This document shows positions 18,662-27,552 of a stretch of DNA of 60,637 nt, piece by piece; position 1 is the stretch's first letter, and each line of letters starts with the position of its first letter. This DNA comes from an uncultured Novosphingobium sp. GTDB lineage: Bacteria > Pseudomonadota > Alphaproteobacteria > Sphingomonadales > Sphingomonadaceae. The DNA is taken from contig CAZVHM010000002.1 of NCBI GenBank assembly GCA_964627175.1, positions 3,759 to 64,395 on the forward strand, given 5' to 3'. The notes beneath the pieces are model-generated. The model ran no database searches and was not told the origin of the DNA. It was given only the letters and a program-made list of their open reading frames with translations. Both the position numbers and the translations under genes were made by a program.

Positions 18662-20140
18662 GTGCAAAGCGAAATCACCCCTGCGGCCACTGCCGCTGTG
18701 CGCTACGCGCGCCCCGGAGACCACTTCATTGATGGTGGCTGGACAAGTTCGGAAGGCGGCACCGTCGTTTCGGTGCGCAATCCCGCCTCTGGGGCCGTGC
18801 TTGGCGACGCTGTTCTTGGCACCAGCGCTGATGCAGATCGCGCGGTTGCCGCCGCCAAGCGCGCGTTCGCCTGGTATTCCAGCACGGATCTGGCGTTTCG
18901 CCGCGCGCTGCTCGAACGCCTCCTGGCCGCACACCAAGATGCCGCAGCGGATCTTGAAAACCTGCTGATCGCTGAAGTCGGCGTACCGCGGCGGATCGCG
19001 CAGGGCCAAACCTTCATGAGCCGCGCCCACATCGAAACCGCGCTGGAAATGCTGGACAACTTCCGTTTCGAGAACAACCCGGCCCCCGGCGTGGAAATTC
19101 GCCGGGAACCGGTTGGCGTCTGCGCGATGATCACCAGCTGGAACAATCCCATCAGCCAGGTGCTGTGCAAGGTCGCCCCGGCCCTTGCCGCCGGCTGCAC
19201 CTCAGTGGTCAAGCCCAGCGAGGTCGCGCCACTGATCGGACTGCGCATCGCTGAAATGTTTGCCGCCGCCGATCTTCCAGCCGGCCTGTTCAATCTCGTC
19301 AACGGCGATGGCCTGAATGTCGGCGCACGCCTTGCGTCGCATCCTGATGTCGCGATGATCTCGTTCACGGGTTCTGTTCCGGGGGGCGGCGCGGTTGCAC
19401 GCACGGCGGCCGATACGATCAAACGAGTCCATCAGGAACTGGGCGGCAAGTCGCCCAATATCGTCTTGCCCGATGCCGATTTTGCCGTGGCCATCCCGCT
19501 CAGCGTCGAGATGTGCTTCATGAACAACGGGCAGACTTGCGCTGCCCCCAGCCGCCTGCTGGTCCCGGAAGATCGGTTCGACGAAGCCGCCCGGCTTGCG
19601 GTCGCCGCTGCGGAAGGGATGTCCATCGGCTCGCCCGACAAGCTGGAAATCGGCCTCGGCCCCCTGGTTAGCGAACGCCAGCGGCTGCGGGTGGATGCTC
19701 TCATCCAGCAGGCCATCGCAGAAGGCACCCCGCTTCTCACCGGCGGCCCCGGCAAACCGGAAGGGCTGCCCGCAGAGCTGAGCGACGGGCATTTTGTCAG
19801 GCCCACCATCTTCGGCCCCGTTCCGGCTTCGGCCATGATCGCGCGTGAGGAAATCTTCGGCCCGGTTCTGGTGATCCAGACCTACCGTGACGAGGAAGAG
19901 GCGATTGCCATTGCCAACGATACGCCGTTTGGCCTTGCAGGTTATGTTCAATCCACCGACATGGACCGTGCGCACCGGGTCGCAAAGCGCATCCGTGCCG
20001 GACACGTGACGATCAACTTCGCCAAGTGGAACCGCTGCGCCCCGTTCGGTGGCTATGGCCAGTCTGGCAACGGTCGGCAGTTTGGCGTCTGGGGCTTCGA
20101 GGAATTCCTCGAAACGAAGGCTATCGTCGCCGATGCGTGA
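18662..20140 (+). CDS. Aldehyde dehydrogenase
   Basis: FTGS, ELGGKSP, catalytic Cys 'NGQTCAA', EEIFGPV. Confidence 0.95.
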   Translation: MQSEITPAATAAVRYARPGDHFIDGGWTSSEGGTVVSVRNPASGAVLGDAVLGTSADADRAVAAAKRAFAWYSSTDLAFRRALLERLLAAHQDAAADLENLLIAEVGVPRRIAQGQTFMSRAHIETALEMLDNFRFENNPAPGVEIRREPVGVCAMITSWNNPISQVLCKVAPALAAGCTSVVKPSEVAPLIGLRIAEMFAAADLPAGLFNLVNGDGLNVGARLASHPDVAMISFTGSVPGGGAVARTAADTIKRVHQELGGKSPNIVLPDADFAVAIPLSVEMCFMNNGQTCAAPSRLLVPEDRFDEAARLAVAAAEGMSIGSPDKLEIGLGPLVSERQRLRVDALIQQAIAEGTPLLTGGPGKPEGLPAELSDGHFVRPTIFGPVPASAMIAREEIFGPVLVIQTYRDEEEAIAIANDTPFGLAGYVQSTDMDRAHRVAKRIRAGHVTINFAKWNRCAPFGGYGQSGNGRQFGVWGFEEFLETKAIVADA

Positions 20141-21404
20141 TCCGGCCATGGGCCAGGCGTTGCGTCCTCGCGCAGTAGCGATGCTCATGCTGCTGGTTGC
20201 GATCAACGGGGTGAACCTTGTTGATCGCAACATGTTCGGGCTGTTGTTGCCGGCGATCAAGCAGGACATTGCGCTCAGCGATGCCGCGCTTGGCCTGCTT
20301 GGCGGGCCGGCTTTCGCTCTGACATATGCCTTGTCAGCGATCCCAATCGCCATGCTGGCCGACCGTACGTCGCGTCGCAATCTGATTGCTACCGGGGTGG
20401 CGTTGTGGAGCGTGGCCGTTGCCGCCACCGCAGCAGCAGCCGGTGCGATGCAACTGTTTGTCCTGCGGATGGTGCTGGGCGTGGGGCAAGCCACTAACAT
20501 GGCACCATGCTCTTCGCTGATCGCCGACCTGTTCCCAGGTCAGCGCCGCACCCTCGCTGTATCCGTCTACGCCGCCGGCGCACCGCTGGGTATCATGCTC
20601 GGCTTTCCCTTCATCGGCTGGCTGGCGCAGACTCATGGATGGCGAGGCACGTTCGTGGTCATGGGCGCGGTCGGCCTGATACTGGCGGTTCTCCTGGTGG
20701 CGATTGGCCGCGAGCCGATGCGCGAACATCAACGCGCAGGAGCCGCAAAGCACGAAGTGGTTCCGTTCTTTGCCGGCTTGCGGCAATTGTGGGGCAACCG
20801 CGCATTTGTCACGCTGGTTTTGGCGGGTGTGCTGTTCAGCATCACCAACACAGTAATGAACGTCTGGGCGCCCACGTTCCTCAACCGCGTCCACCATCTG
20901 GACATCAAGGAAACCGGCGCGTTTCTCGGTCTTTACAAGGGCCTGTTCGGCATCTTTGCATCGATTCTCGGGGGATGGCTGGTGAGCCGGCTCAGCAATG
21001 CAGACCAGCGCTGGGTTGCATGGGTGCCTGCGATCCTCTGTTTTGCGATGGGCCCGGCAGAATTGCTGTTCCTGTGGAGCGGCGGGTCTATAGGTTGGCA
21101 AGTTGGCATGGTGCTGGATACGCTGATGGTCAGCGCAGTGACACCTTGCACCTTCTCTCTGCTGTTGATGGTAGTAGACAGCCGCATCCGTGCGTTTGGC
21201 GCAGCCGTCTATCTGCTGATCTTCGCACTCGTCGGACAGAGTGTCGGCTCATACCTGGTGGGCCTGCTGAGCGATGCGCTGGCAGCCGAATATCAGGAAC
21301 AGGCCATCCGCATCGCGATGACCATTTCCCCGATTGCCATCATGCTGTGCGGGCTGGCCCTGCTGGCGCTGTCGCGGCGGCTTTCGCCGCCCGCGACCGC
21401 TTAA
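20133..21404 (+). CDS. MFS transporter (spinster-like)
   Basis: 'NLVDRNMFGLLLPAIKQD', 'LADRTSRR'. Start overlaps the ALDH stop (ATGCGTGA). Confidence 0.88.
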   Translation: MRDPAMGQALRPRAVAMLMLLVAINGVNLVDRNMFGLLLPAIKQDIALSDAALGLLGGPAFALTYALSAIPIAMLADRTSRRNLIATGVALWSVAVAATAAAAGAMQLFVLRMVLGVGQATNMAPCSSLIADLFPGQRRTLAVSVYAAGAPLGIMLGFPFIGWLAQTHGWRGTFVVMGAVGLILAVLLVAIGREPMREHQRAGAAKHEVVPFFAGLRQLWGNRAFVTLVLAGVLFSITNTVMNVWAPTFLNRVHHLDIKETGAFLGLYKGLFGIFASILGGWLVSRLSNADQRWVAWVPAILCFAMGPAELLFLWSGGSIGWQVGMVLDTLMVSAVTPCTFSLLLMVVDSRIRAFGAAVYLLIFALVGQSVGSYLVGLLSDALAAEYQEQAIRIAMTISPIAIMLCGLALLALSRRLSPPATA

Positions 21405-22051
21405 TAGGATTTCAGCTCATCGTACTCTGAGCCGAACGCATCGGCGAGCATTTCCTCGATCCGGTCGCGTTCGTTCAGATAGGCACTGAGCAGCGCATCA
21501 CGGTCGTTGGCTTCCATCGCCTCGACCAATTTGCGTTCGCGCTGCGGCGACCGGTCAGGTGGAAGCAGCGCGCGATACCGATCCGTCAGGGCCCAAAGGC
21601 GAGTGGCTTCAGCCAAAAGCGTCTGGTATTTCGATAGAGCGAAGATCGCCAGCCGGGTTTCCTCCAGCGTGGAGATCCAGTTTTCCCGCTCGTCCGGCGC
21701 GCGTGGCTTGTCCAGCGCGGCCAACAGCGATTTCAGATGCTTCAGTTCGGCTGCGTTCGGCCACCTCAGTCCGCGTAGCAGCTCATGCTCCACCCATCGG
21801 CGCATCCGGTAGAGTTGCAGGCCTTCATGGAACGAGAGGCGGGTGACGAAATACCCGCGATTGTGGTCATGATCGAGCAGACCTTCCGCATGAAGCTGCT
21901 TAAGCGCTTCCCGCACGGGAACCTTGCTGGTCTTGAAACGAGCCGCCAACTCAGCCTGCCCCAGATGCTCCCCCGGAAGCAGAACGCCGCGCAAGATATG
22001 GCGCCGCAGCTCCTCTGCCGTCGAGCTGGAGCGCGAGCGTGGTTCGGACAT
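21401..22051 (-). CDS. GntR-family regulator (FCD/VanR-like)
   Basis: wHTH 'ELAARFKTSKVPVREALKQLHAEGL'. Start could be 22069. Confidence 0.9.
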   Translation of the reverse strand: MSEPRSRSSSTAEELRRHILRGVLLPGEHLGQAELAARFKTSKVPVREALKQLHAEGLLDHDHNRGYFVTRLSFHEGLQLYRMRRWVEHELLRGLRWPNAAELKHLKSLLAALDKPRAPDERENWISTLEETRLAIFALSKYQTLLAEATRLWALTDRYRALLPPDRSPQRERKLVEAMEANDRDALLSAYLNERDRIEEMLADAFGSEYDELKSY

Positions 22052-22136
22052 CAGGTCTTGTTCCCCCATAAACCAACCGGTGCGGGCTGAGGACAGTCTT
22101 GCGCGGCCCCCATCCCGCCGGGCAAAACAGCCAGGA

Positions 22137-22817
22137 TCAGAGCCCGCGATCCACCAGGATCTCGAGTACCAGTTCCTTGAATGCGTCGCGCCGGCGAGAC
22201 CGGACCTCGAGCAGCATCTTCAGGTTCTTCTTCGCCAGTGCTTCAAGCAGATCGCTCTTGCTCACGATATCGCGTTCGGCTGAAGCGCGGCGCGGCAGCG
22301 GCGCCAGCGCGCGATAGCGATCGGTAAGGCTCCACATGCGGATCGCCTCGCGCACGAAGATCTTCTTGGGAGAAAGGTTGAACAGGTCTTCGTGAAAGGC
22401 CCGGTGCTCCTTCCACCATGAGGTGCGATTGCCTTCGTTCAGCAACGCCTCCAACGCAGCATTGCGCTCTTCCAGCTCCGCCAGCTTCTCCTTGGAGGGC
22501 CATTCGATCGAAGCGAACAGCTCATCCTCGATCAGTTCGCGGATGCGAAAGAGCTGGCGGGCTTCCTCGGAAGAGAAGCGCGCCACGAAGAACCCGCGGT
22601 TGGGATCATGCTCCACCAGCCCTTCGGCCGAAAGCATCTTGAGCGCTTCGCGCACCGGCACGCGGCTGGATTCGAACAGGCTCGCAAGCTCGGTCTGGCC
22701 CAGGCGCATACCAGGGGCATAGACCCCGGATGCAATCAGGCTGCGCAGCTTGACCGCGATCATCGAAGGGACGACTTCACGCTCTTCGATCTTTTCTGCC
22801 ACCGGGCTCTTACTCAT
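22137..22817 (-). CDS. GntR-family regulator (paralog of 21401..22051)
   Basis: wHTH 'ELASLFESSRVPVREALKMLSAEGL' and shared 'LTDRYRAL'. Confidence 0.92.
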   Translation of the reverse strand: MSKSPVAEKIEEREVVPSMIAVKLRSLIASGVYAPGMRLGQTELASLFESSRVPVREALKMLSAEGLVEHDPNRGFFVARFSSEEARQLFRIRELIEDELFASIEWPSKEKLAELEERNAALEALLNEGNRTSWWKEHRAFHEDLFNLSPKKIFVREAIRMWSLTDRYRALAPLPRRASAERDIVSKSDLLEALAKKNLKMLLEVRSRRRDAFKELVLEILVDRGL

Positions 22818-22958
22818 CTGCCGTCAAAATCCCTCAGCTCGGGGCTCTCTGCCTAAGCCAGCCCACTTTACAAAGCCTTGCCACGGTCCTTCTCTGCGAA
22901 CTTTCCCCCGTGATGTAAAGCAATCCATGCAAGCGTTATCAGGTAGTTCGCCTGCCGA

Positions 22959-23762
22959 TCAGTGCTTGGCGGGCACCTTGTCCTTGGCGCTTTCACGGGC
23001 TTCCTTGATCGATGCGACGTAATCGTCCCACAGTGCCTGCGGGCAATTGTACCCGCCTACCACCGTGCCCGGTTCCGCCCGCTCGTACAGCTGTCGGCCA
23101 AAGGCCGGCTTCTTGAGCAGCACCGGATCTTCAAGAGTGAGCTTGATCTCGATGCGATCGTTCTTGCCGGGTTCGCGCAGCAATCGCCAACGCTCGATCA
23201 CACGCGCCTGTTCGCTGCGCTGGTGCACCGAAACCTCGTTGGTGGCGGTCATCCCCCGGGTTTCGATCACCAGTTCCTCCCCCTCCCAATGGGCGATGGC
23301 ATAGCCCATCTGCGAGGCGACGTAGTTTTCCGGAAAAGTCTTGCTGTCCAGACGGATGTGGCGGAACATGTCCATGCCTTCATGGAACACCATCACCCGA
23401 TCCTTGGATTGGTAAATCTCGGTGGGATAGTTGCGGGCTCGGGTGAGCATCATCCAAGGCATGCCTTCGTGATAGCAGACCTTGCCCGGCGTATCCTCGC
23501 TCTCGTCGTAGTTCTCGGCATAGTTGCGCGCGCGGCGCAGGCCCTCTTCGGTCCATTCCGCGTTGGCTTCGGGCTTGATCACCTCATCAAAACTGACGAT
23601 ACGCCACACACCGTTGAAATCGGCGCCGCCAATCGCCGACGCCGAGGCAGGCGCCTGGGCAGCGACTGGCTTGGCCTGATCGTCGGCCAGGACCGGGCTA
23701 CCCGCGCTCAACGCAAGCGCAAGAGCGCCAAGTGCGGCGGCGCGAAGCAACGTCTGACTCAT
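22959..23762 (-). CDS. Secreted protein of unknown function (paralog of 49965..50768)
   Basis: Signal peptide (PVLA|DD), motifs 'C...GMPW', 'GY.[IV]AHWEG..LVIET.GMT', 'VGGY.C..ALWD'. Confidence 0.85.
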   Translation of the reverse strand: MSQTLLRAAALGALALALSAGSPVLADDQAKPVAAQAPASASAIGGADFNGVWRIVSFDEVIKPEANAEWTEEGLRRARNYAENYDESEDTPGKVCYHEGMPWMMLTRARNYPTEIYQSKDRVMVFHEGMDMFRHIRLDSKTFPENYVASQMGYAIAHWEGEELVIETRGMTATNEVSVHQRSEQARVIERWRLLREPGKNDRIEIKLTLEDPVLLKKPAFGRQLYERAEPGTVVGGYNCPQALWDDYVASIKEARESAKDKVPAKH

Positions 23763-23808
23763 TTCAATCTCCCGCGAAATCTCTTGATCCGGCGCGCTTG
23801 CGCGGCCA

Positions 23809-23844
23809 TCGTATCCTCGATAGTATACATTTTAGTATATATGT
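23809..23844. promoter_or_regulatory. Putative GntR operator (TAGTATACAT array, 12-bp period)
   Basis: tcgtatcctcga/tagtatacattt/tagtatatatgt in a divergent intergenic region. Confidence 0.6.
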
Positions 23845-23870
23845 CCAATGAAGAACGATGGGAGATGTGG

Positions 23871-24419
23871 ATGCTCGGAAAATTCGGAAAGCTGACCGCC
23901 ATCATGGTTGCCAGTGCAGGTTTTGCCACTCTGGCGCAGCCGGCTGCAGCCGCTGCCAAGGGGCGTACCGCTCCCCTTACCGAGGTTGAAATCGCCGCGA
24001 TCAAGATCATCTGCGAAGACCTGTCCGAAGATTATGCCCACTACCTTGATGGCCGTGACTACGACAAGTTCACCGAACTGTTCGCGCCGGATGGCACTTG
24101 GGAAGTGCTGAAAAACAAGATGGTCGGTCGTCAGGCGATCCGCGATTATTGGGTCAGCCGCTCGAAGGATTGGCCCGCAGGATACGGCCGGGTGCATCAG
24201 ATGGTAAATCAGGTCGTCACTGTCATCGATCGCGACCATGCGGTCGGCAAGTCTTTCGTGATGGTCTACATGTTCAACAATCCCAACACCGCCGCTCAGT
24301 CGCTCGCGCCCGATGTCATCTCGCGCAACGACGACGAGTATGTGCGGACGAAGGATGGCTGGAAGATCAAGCGCCGCACGATCTCAACCGTTGCTTCGGC
24401 CGCTGTTCCGCGCATGTGA
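23871..24419 (+). CDS. Secreted SnoaL/NTF2-like protein
   Basis: Signal peptide, 'YAHYLDGRDYDKFTELFAPDG', 'DEYVRTKDGWKIKRR'. GGAG 6 nt upstream of ATG 23871. Confidence 0.85.
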   Translation: MLGKFGKLTAIMVASAGFATLAQPAAAAAKGRTAPLTEVEIAAIKIICEDLSEDYAHYLDGRDYDKFTELFAPDGTWEVLKNKMVGRQAIRDYWVSRSKDWPAGYGRVHQMVNQVVTVIDRDHAVGKSFVMVYMFNNPNTAAQSLAPDVISRNDDEYVRTKDGWKIKRRTISTVASAAVPRM

Positions 24420-24426
24420 TCTCCGC

Positions 24427-25428
24427 TTACCCCGGTACCAGCACGACTTTGCCGGTAGCGGCGGAAGAACCGACGATGCGGTGGGCTTCGGCCGCCGCAT
24501 CGAGCGGCATCACCCGATCAATCAGCGGGCGGAAGGTCCCGGCGGCGGCTGCCTTGAGGCTGGATTCCACATCCTCACGAGTGCTGCCAAGGCTGCCCAG
24601 CACCGAAAGCTGGTAGAGATAGAGCCGGGTGATATCGAGCATCACCTTCCCGCCGCCATGGCTTCCGGCCGTGACCAGCCGGCCATGGCGGGCAAGCGCT
24701 GCGAACGCCTGAGGAAACAGCACGGGATCGCCGATGTTCTCGAACACCACATCCACCCCGCGCCCGTCGGTCAGGGACAGCACTTCGGCGGTAAGATCGC
24801 TTTGACGGTAATCCACGCCATGATCTGCACCAAGCGCAACAGCCGCGGCCACCCGTTCTGGGGCGCCGGCGGCGGCAATCACCTTGGCGCCAAGGTGGCG
24901 GGCTACTTGTACGCCGGCACTGCCCAGCCCTCCGGCTGCGCCCATCACCAGCACCGTTTCACCCGGTTGCACCCGGGCCCGGTCGCGCAAAAGGTTGAAT
25001 GCCTGCGGGGCATGGCGGGTCACCACGGTCGCTTCCGGAAAGTCGAGCCCGTCGGGAATTTCGACCAGCGCCGTCACCGGAACGACAACCTGCTCGGCGT
25101 ATCCTCCGGCGCGATGAACTCCGGGAATTTCCATCAGTCCGGTTGCGGCGTTGCGCCACGGCATGGTCACCACGCGCCGGCCCAGCCACTCACCCGCCAC
25201 ATCCGGGCCAACTGCCGCCACCACGCCCGACGGGTCAACACCAAGGATATGCGGCAGCTTGACCGGGACCGCGTAACGCCCCTCACGCACCACCAGATCC
25301 AGCGTGCGATTGACCGAGACGGCGCGCACCGCAACGGCCACCTCGCCGGGACCGGGGACTGGCGCCGGGACGTCTTCCAGCCTCAGCGCTTCCGGTCCGC
25401 CGAACTCGCGCAACACGATGGCCTTCAT
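24427..25428 (-). CDS. MDR-family NADPH:quinone oxidoreductase-like protein
   Basis: 'MKAIVLREFGGPEAL', 'VLVMGAAGGLG', 'GRGVDVVF', C-terminal 'GKVVL'. Confidence 0.9.
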   Translation of the reverse strand: MKAIVLREFGGPEALRLEDVPAPVPGPGEVAVAVRAVSVNRTLDLVVREGRYAVPVKLPHILGVDPSGVVAAVGPDVAGEWLGRRVVTMPWRNAATGLMEIPGVHRAGGYAEQVVVPVTALVEIPDGLDFPEATVVTRHAPQAFNLLRDRARVQPGETVLVMGAAGGLGSAGVQVARHLGAKVIAAAGAPERVAAAVALGADHGVDYRQSDLTAEVLSLTDGRGVDVVFENIGDPVLFPQAFAALARHGRLVTAGSHGGGKVMLDITRLYLYQLSVLGSLGSTREDVESSLKAAAAGTFRPLIDRVMPLDAAAEAHRIVGSSAATGKVVLVPG

Positions 25429-25445
25429 GGCTACTCCCTTGGAAA

Positions 25446-26369
25446 ATGAATTCACGAATGACTAGCACCCCTCCTGCCTCAGCCCCATCCGCAGATCAAC
25501 TGCTGCAGCTTGCCCAAGGACGCGTCCCGGCCAACCGCTCGTCGGCGGAACTGGTGTCGCGCGTGTTGGAAACCATGCTGGCCCGGCCGGTCGGGCCTTA
25601 TCCGCTCGTGGTCGGCATCAGCGGTGCGCAGGGATCGGGCAAGTCGACCATCTCGGAATTCATCGCTCTCGCCCTCAAGGAGCTCTGCGGCCAGACCGTT
25701 GCCGTTCTCTCGCTCGACGATTTCTATCTGCCCAAGGCGCAGCGCGAAGCACTGGGTCGCAGCGTCCATCCGCTGTGCGCCACGCGCGGCGTTCCCGGAA
25801 CGCACGAAGTATCGCTGCTACTGGAAACGATCTCGCGCCTGCTGGTCGCCTTGCCCGGGCAGACCATTCGCTGGCCGCTGTTCGACAAGCTGGCCGATGA
25901 CCGCGCGGCAGAGCCCGCCTGGAACACTCAGACGGGCCGCCCCGATGCCATCCTTCTCGAAGGCTGGTGCGTGGCCCTTCCGGCCGATCGGGTGGCGCCG
26001 TGGCGCGGGCCAATCAACCAGTTGGAGGCGGAAGCCGATCCCCAGGGGGCATGGATTTCCTGGTCGCTCGAAGAGCTGCGCGCCCACTATGCGGTCCTGT
26101 GGAAACTGCTCGATCTGACCGTCGGCATACGCCTGCCCGATATCGAGACGGTGGTAGCCTCCCGTCTCCTGCAAGAGCAGCGGATGCAGCAGGCCCGGCC
26201 GAGTGCGGCCTCGATGGACGAAGCAGGCGTCCGCCGCTTCGTGCAGCACTACGAGCGCTTCACCCTCGCATTGTGGGATGCGCTGCCCACCGTGGCCGAC
26301 ATCATGGCCACGCGCGACGCCGATTTTACCTATCGCATCGCTTCCGGCGATGCCTCAGCGAAGGACTGA
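25446..26369 (+). CDS. P-loop kinase, D-glycerate 3-kinase (GLYK)-like
   Basis: Walker A GAQGSGKST, 'SLDDFYL', 'TRGVPGTH', 'ILLEGWCV'. Start may be 25458. Confidence 0.8.
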   Translation: MNSRMTSTPPASAPSADQLLQLAQGRVPANRSSAELVSRVLETMLARPVGPYPLVVGISGAQGSGKSTISEFIALALKELCGQTVAVLSLDDFYLPKAQREALGRSVHPLCATRGVPGTHEVSLLLETISRLLVALPGQTIRWPLFDKLADDRAAEPAWNTQTGRPDAILLEGWCVALPADRVAPWRGPINQLEAEADPQGAWISWSLEELRAHYAVLWKLLDLTVGIRLPDIETVVASRLLQEQRMQQARPSAASMDEAGVRRFVQHYERFTLALWDALPTVADIMATRDADFTYRIASGDASAKD

Positions 26370-26373
26370 AACC

Positions 26374-27480
26374 ATGAACTTTACCATCCCCCCTACCTCG
26401 CGCATCGCGGTCAAGAGCGCTCCAAGCACAACCGAAGTGCTCACCTTCCCGATTCCCGATCTCGGGCCGGCCGATGGGTTGCTGCGGGTTGAGGCCTGCG
26501 GCGTCGGCGGCGCCGAACCGGAGCATTATCGTTCCGAGCGCTGGCAGCCGATCGCCATGGGCCACCAGGTCGTGGGAACCGTCGTGGCCATGGGGCCTGT
26601 CGCCCGTGAAATGTGGAAGGTCGAGATCGGCGAACGCATCGCCCTGCAGGAATACCTGCCGTGCAAGGCCTGCAAGTGGTGCTATCAGGGTGAATATCGC
26701 TTCTGCCCGGATGCCGACTTCTTCGGCGGCCGCAACCCCCGCCGCGGCGGCCTGCTCGATTATACCCAGGCTCCGCACCTCGTCGGCGGATTTGCCGAAT
26801 ATATGCACTTGCCGTGGAACAGCGTGATCCACCGCATTCCGCAGGATCTCCCGGCGAACCTCGGGACCCTTGCCGTGGGCATCGGCAACGGCGTGCAGTG
26901 GGCAACGATGGACATGCAGACCGGCCCCGGCAAGACCGTGCTGGTCATCGGCCCGGGTCAGCAGGGTCTCGGCGCCGTCCTCGCATCGCGGGAAGCTGGC
27001 GCGTCGAAGATCATCCTCGCCGGCATGACCCGCGACATGCCCCGGCTTGAGCTGTCGCTGGAGCTCGGCGCCGATCATATCATCAATGTCGAAACCCACG
27101 ATCTGGTCGAGGAAGTGAACCGCGTTACCCGTGGCGGCGGTCTCGATGTCGTGGTCGATACCACCGGCGATCCCAATGCCGAGAACCTGAAAAAGTATAT
27201 CGGGCTTGCCAACATGGGCGCGTGGTTGTGGGTCAATTGCACCCGCGATGCAGTGCCGGTGCAAACCATCAAGGAAAAGTACCTGACGATCCGTTCCGGC
27301 CGCGGCCGCACATGGCGGGCGACGGAAGAGGCGATCCGCATCATCACCTCGGGCAAGTATCCGCTGGAGAAGATGTGCACCCACACCTTCGGGCTGGATG
27401 AAGTGCACACTGCCATCCAGGCCACTGCCGGCAAGGAAGTTGAAGGCGCGATCCACGTTGTGGTGGATCCCTGGAAGTAA
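26374..27480 (+). CDS. Zinc-binding MDR dehydrogenase-like protein with atypical catalytic site
   Basis: Structural-Zn CKACKWC...C retained, GPGQQG present, catalytic region reads 'CGVGGAE...GHQ'. Confidence 0.85.
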   Translation: MNFTIPPTSRIAVKSAPSTTEVLTFPIPDLGPADGLLRVEACGVGGAEPEHYRSERWQPIAMGHQVVGTVVAMGPVAREMWKVEIGERIALQEYLPCKACKWCYQGEYRFCPDADFFGGRNPRRGGLLDYTQAPHLVGGFAEYMHLPWNSVIHRIPQDLPANLGTLAVGIGNGVQWATMDMQTGPGKTVLVIGPGQQGLGAVLASREAGASKIILAGMTRDMPRLELSLELGADHIINVETHDLVEEVNRVTRGGGLDVVVDTTGDPNAENLKKYIGLANMGAWLWVNCTRDAVPVQTIKEKYLTIRSGRGRTWRATEEAIRIITSGKYPLEKMCTHTFGLDEVHTAIQATAGKEVEGAIHVVVDPWK

Positions 27481-27496
27481 AAGCAGAACACCAAAC

Positions 27497-27533
27497 AAAA
27501 AGGCCGCGCCGGTTATCCGGCGCGGCCTTTTTT
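27497..27533. terminator. Bidirectional rho-independent terminator
   Basis: AAAAAGGCCGCGCCGG-TTAT-CCGGCGCGGCCTTTTTT between convergent genes. Confidence 0.9.
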
Positions 27534-27552
27534 ATTGCGAAGCCTGCCTGGC

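Noticed and set aside
22962-23870. 485-aa ORF suggesting a long N-terminal extension on the SnoaL protein
   Set aside because: The upstream part is antisense to the real gene at 22959..23762. The RBS and signal peptide support a start at 23871.
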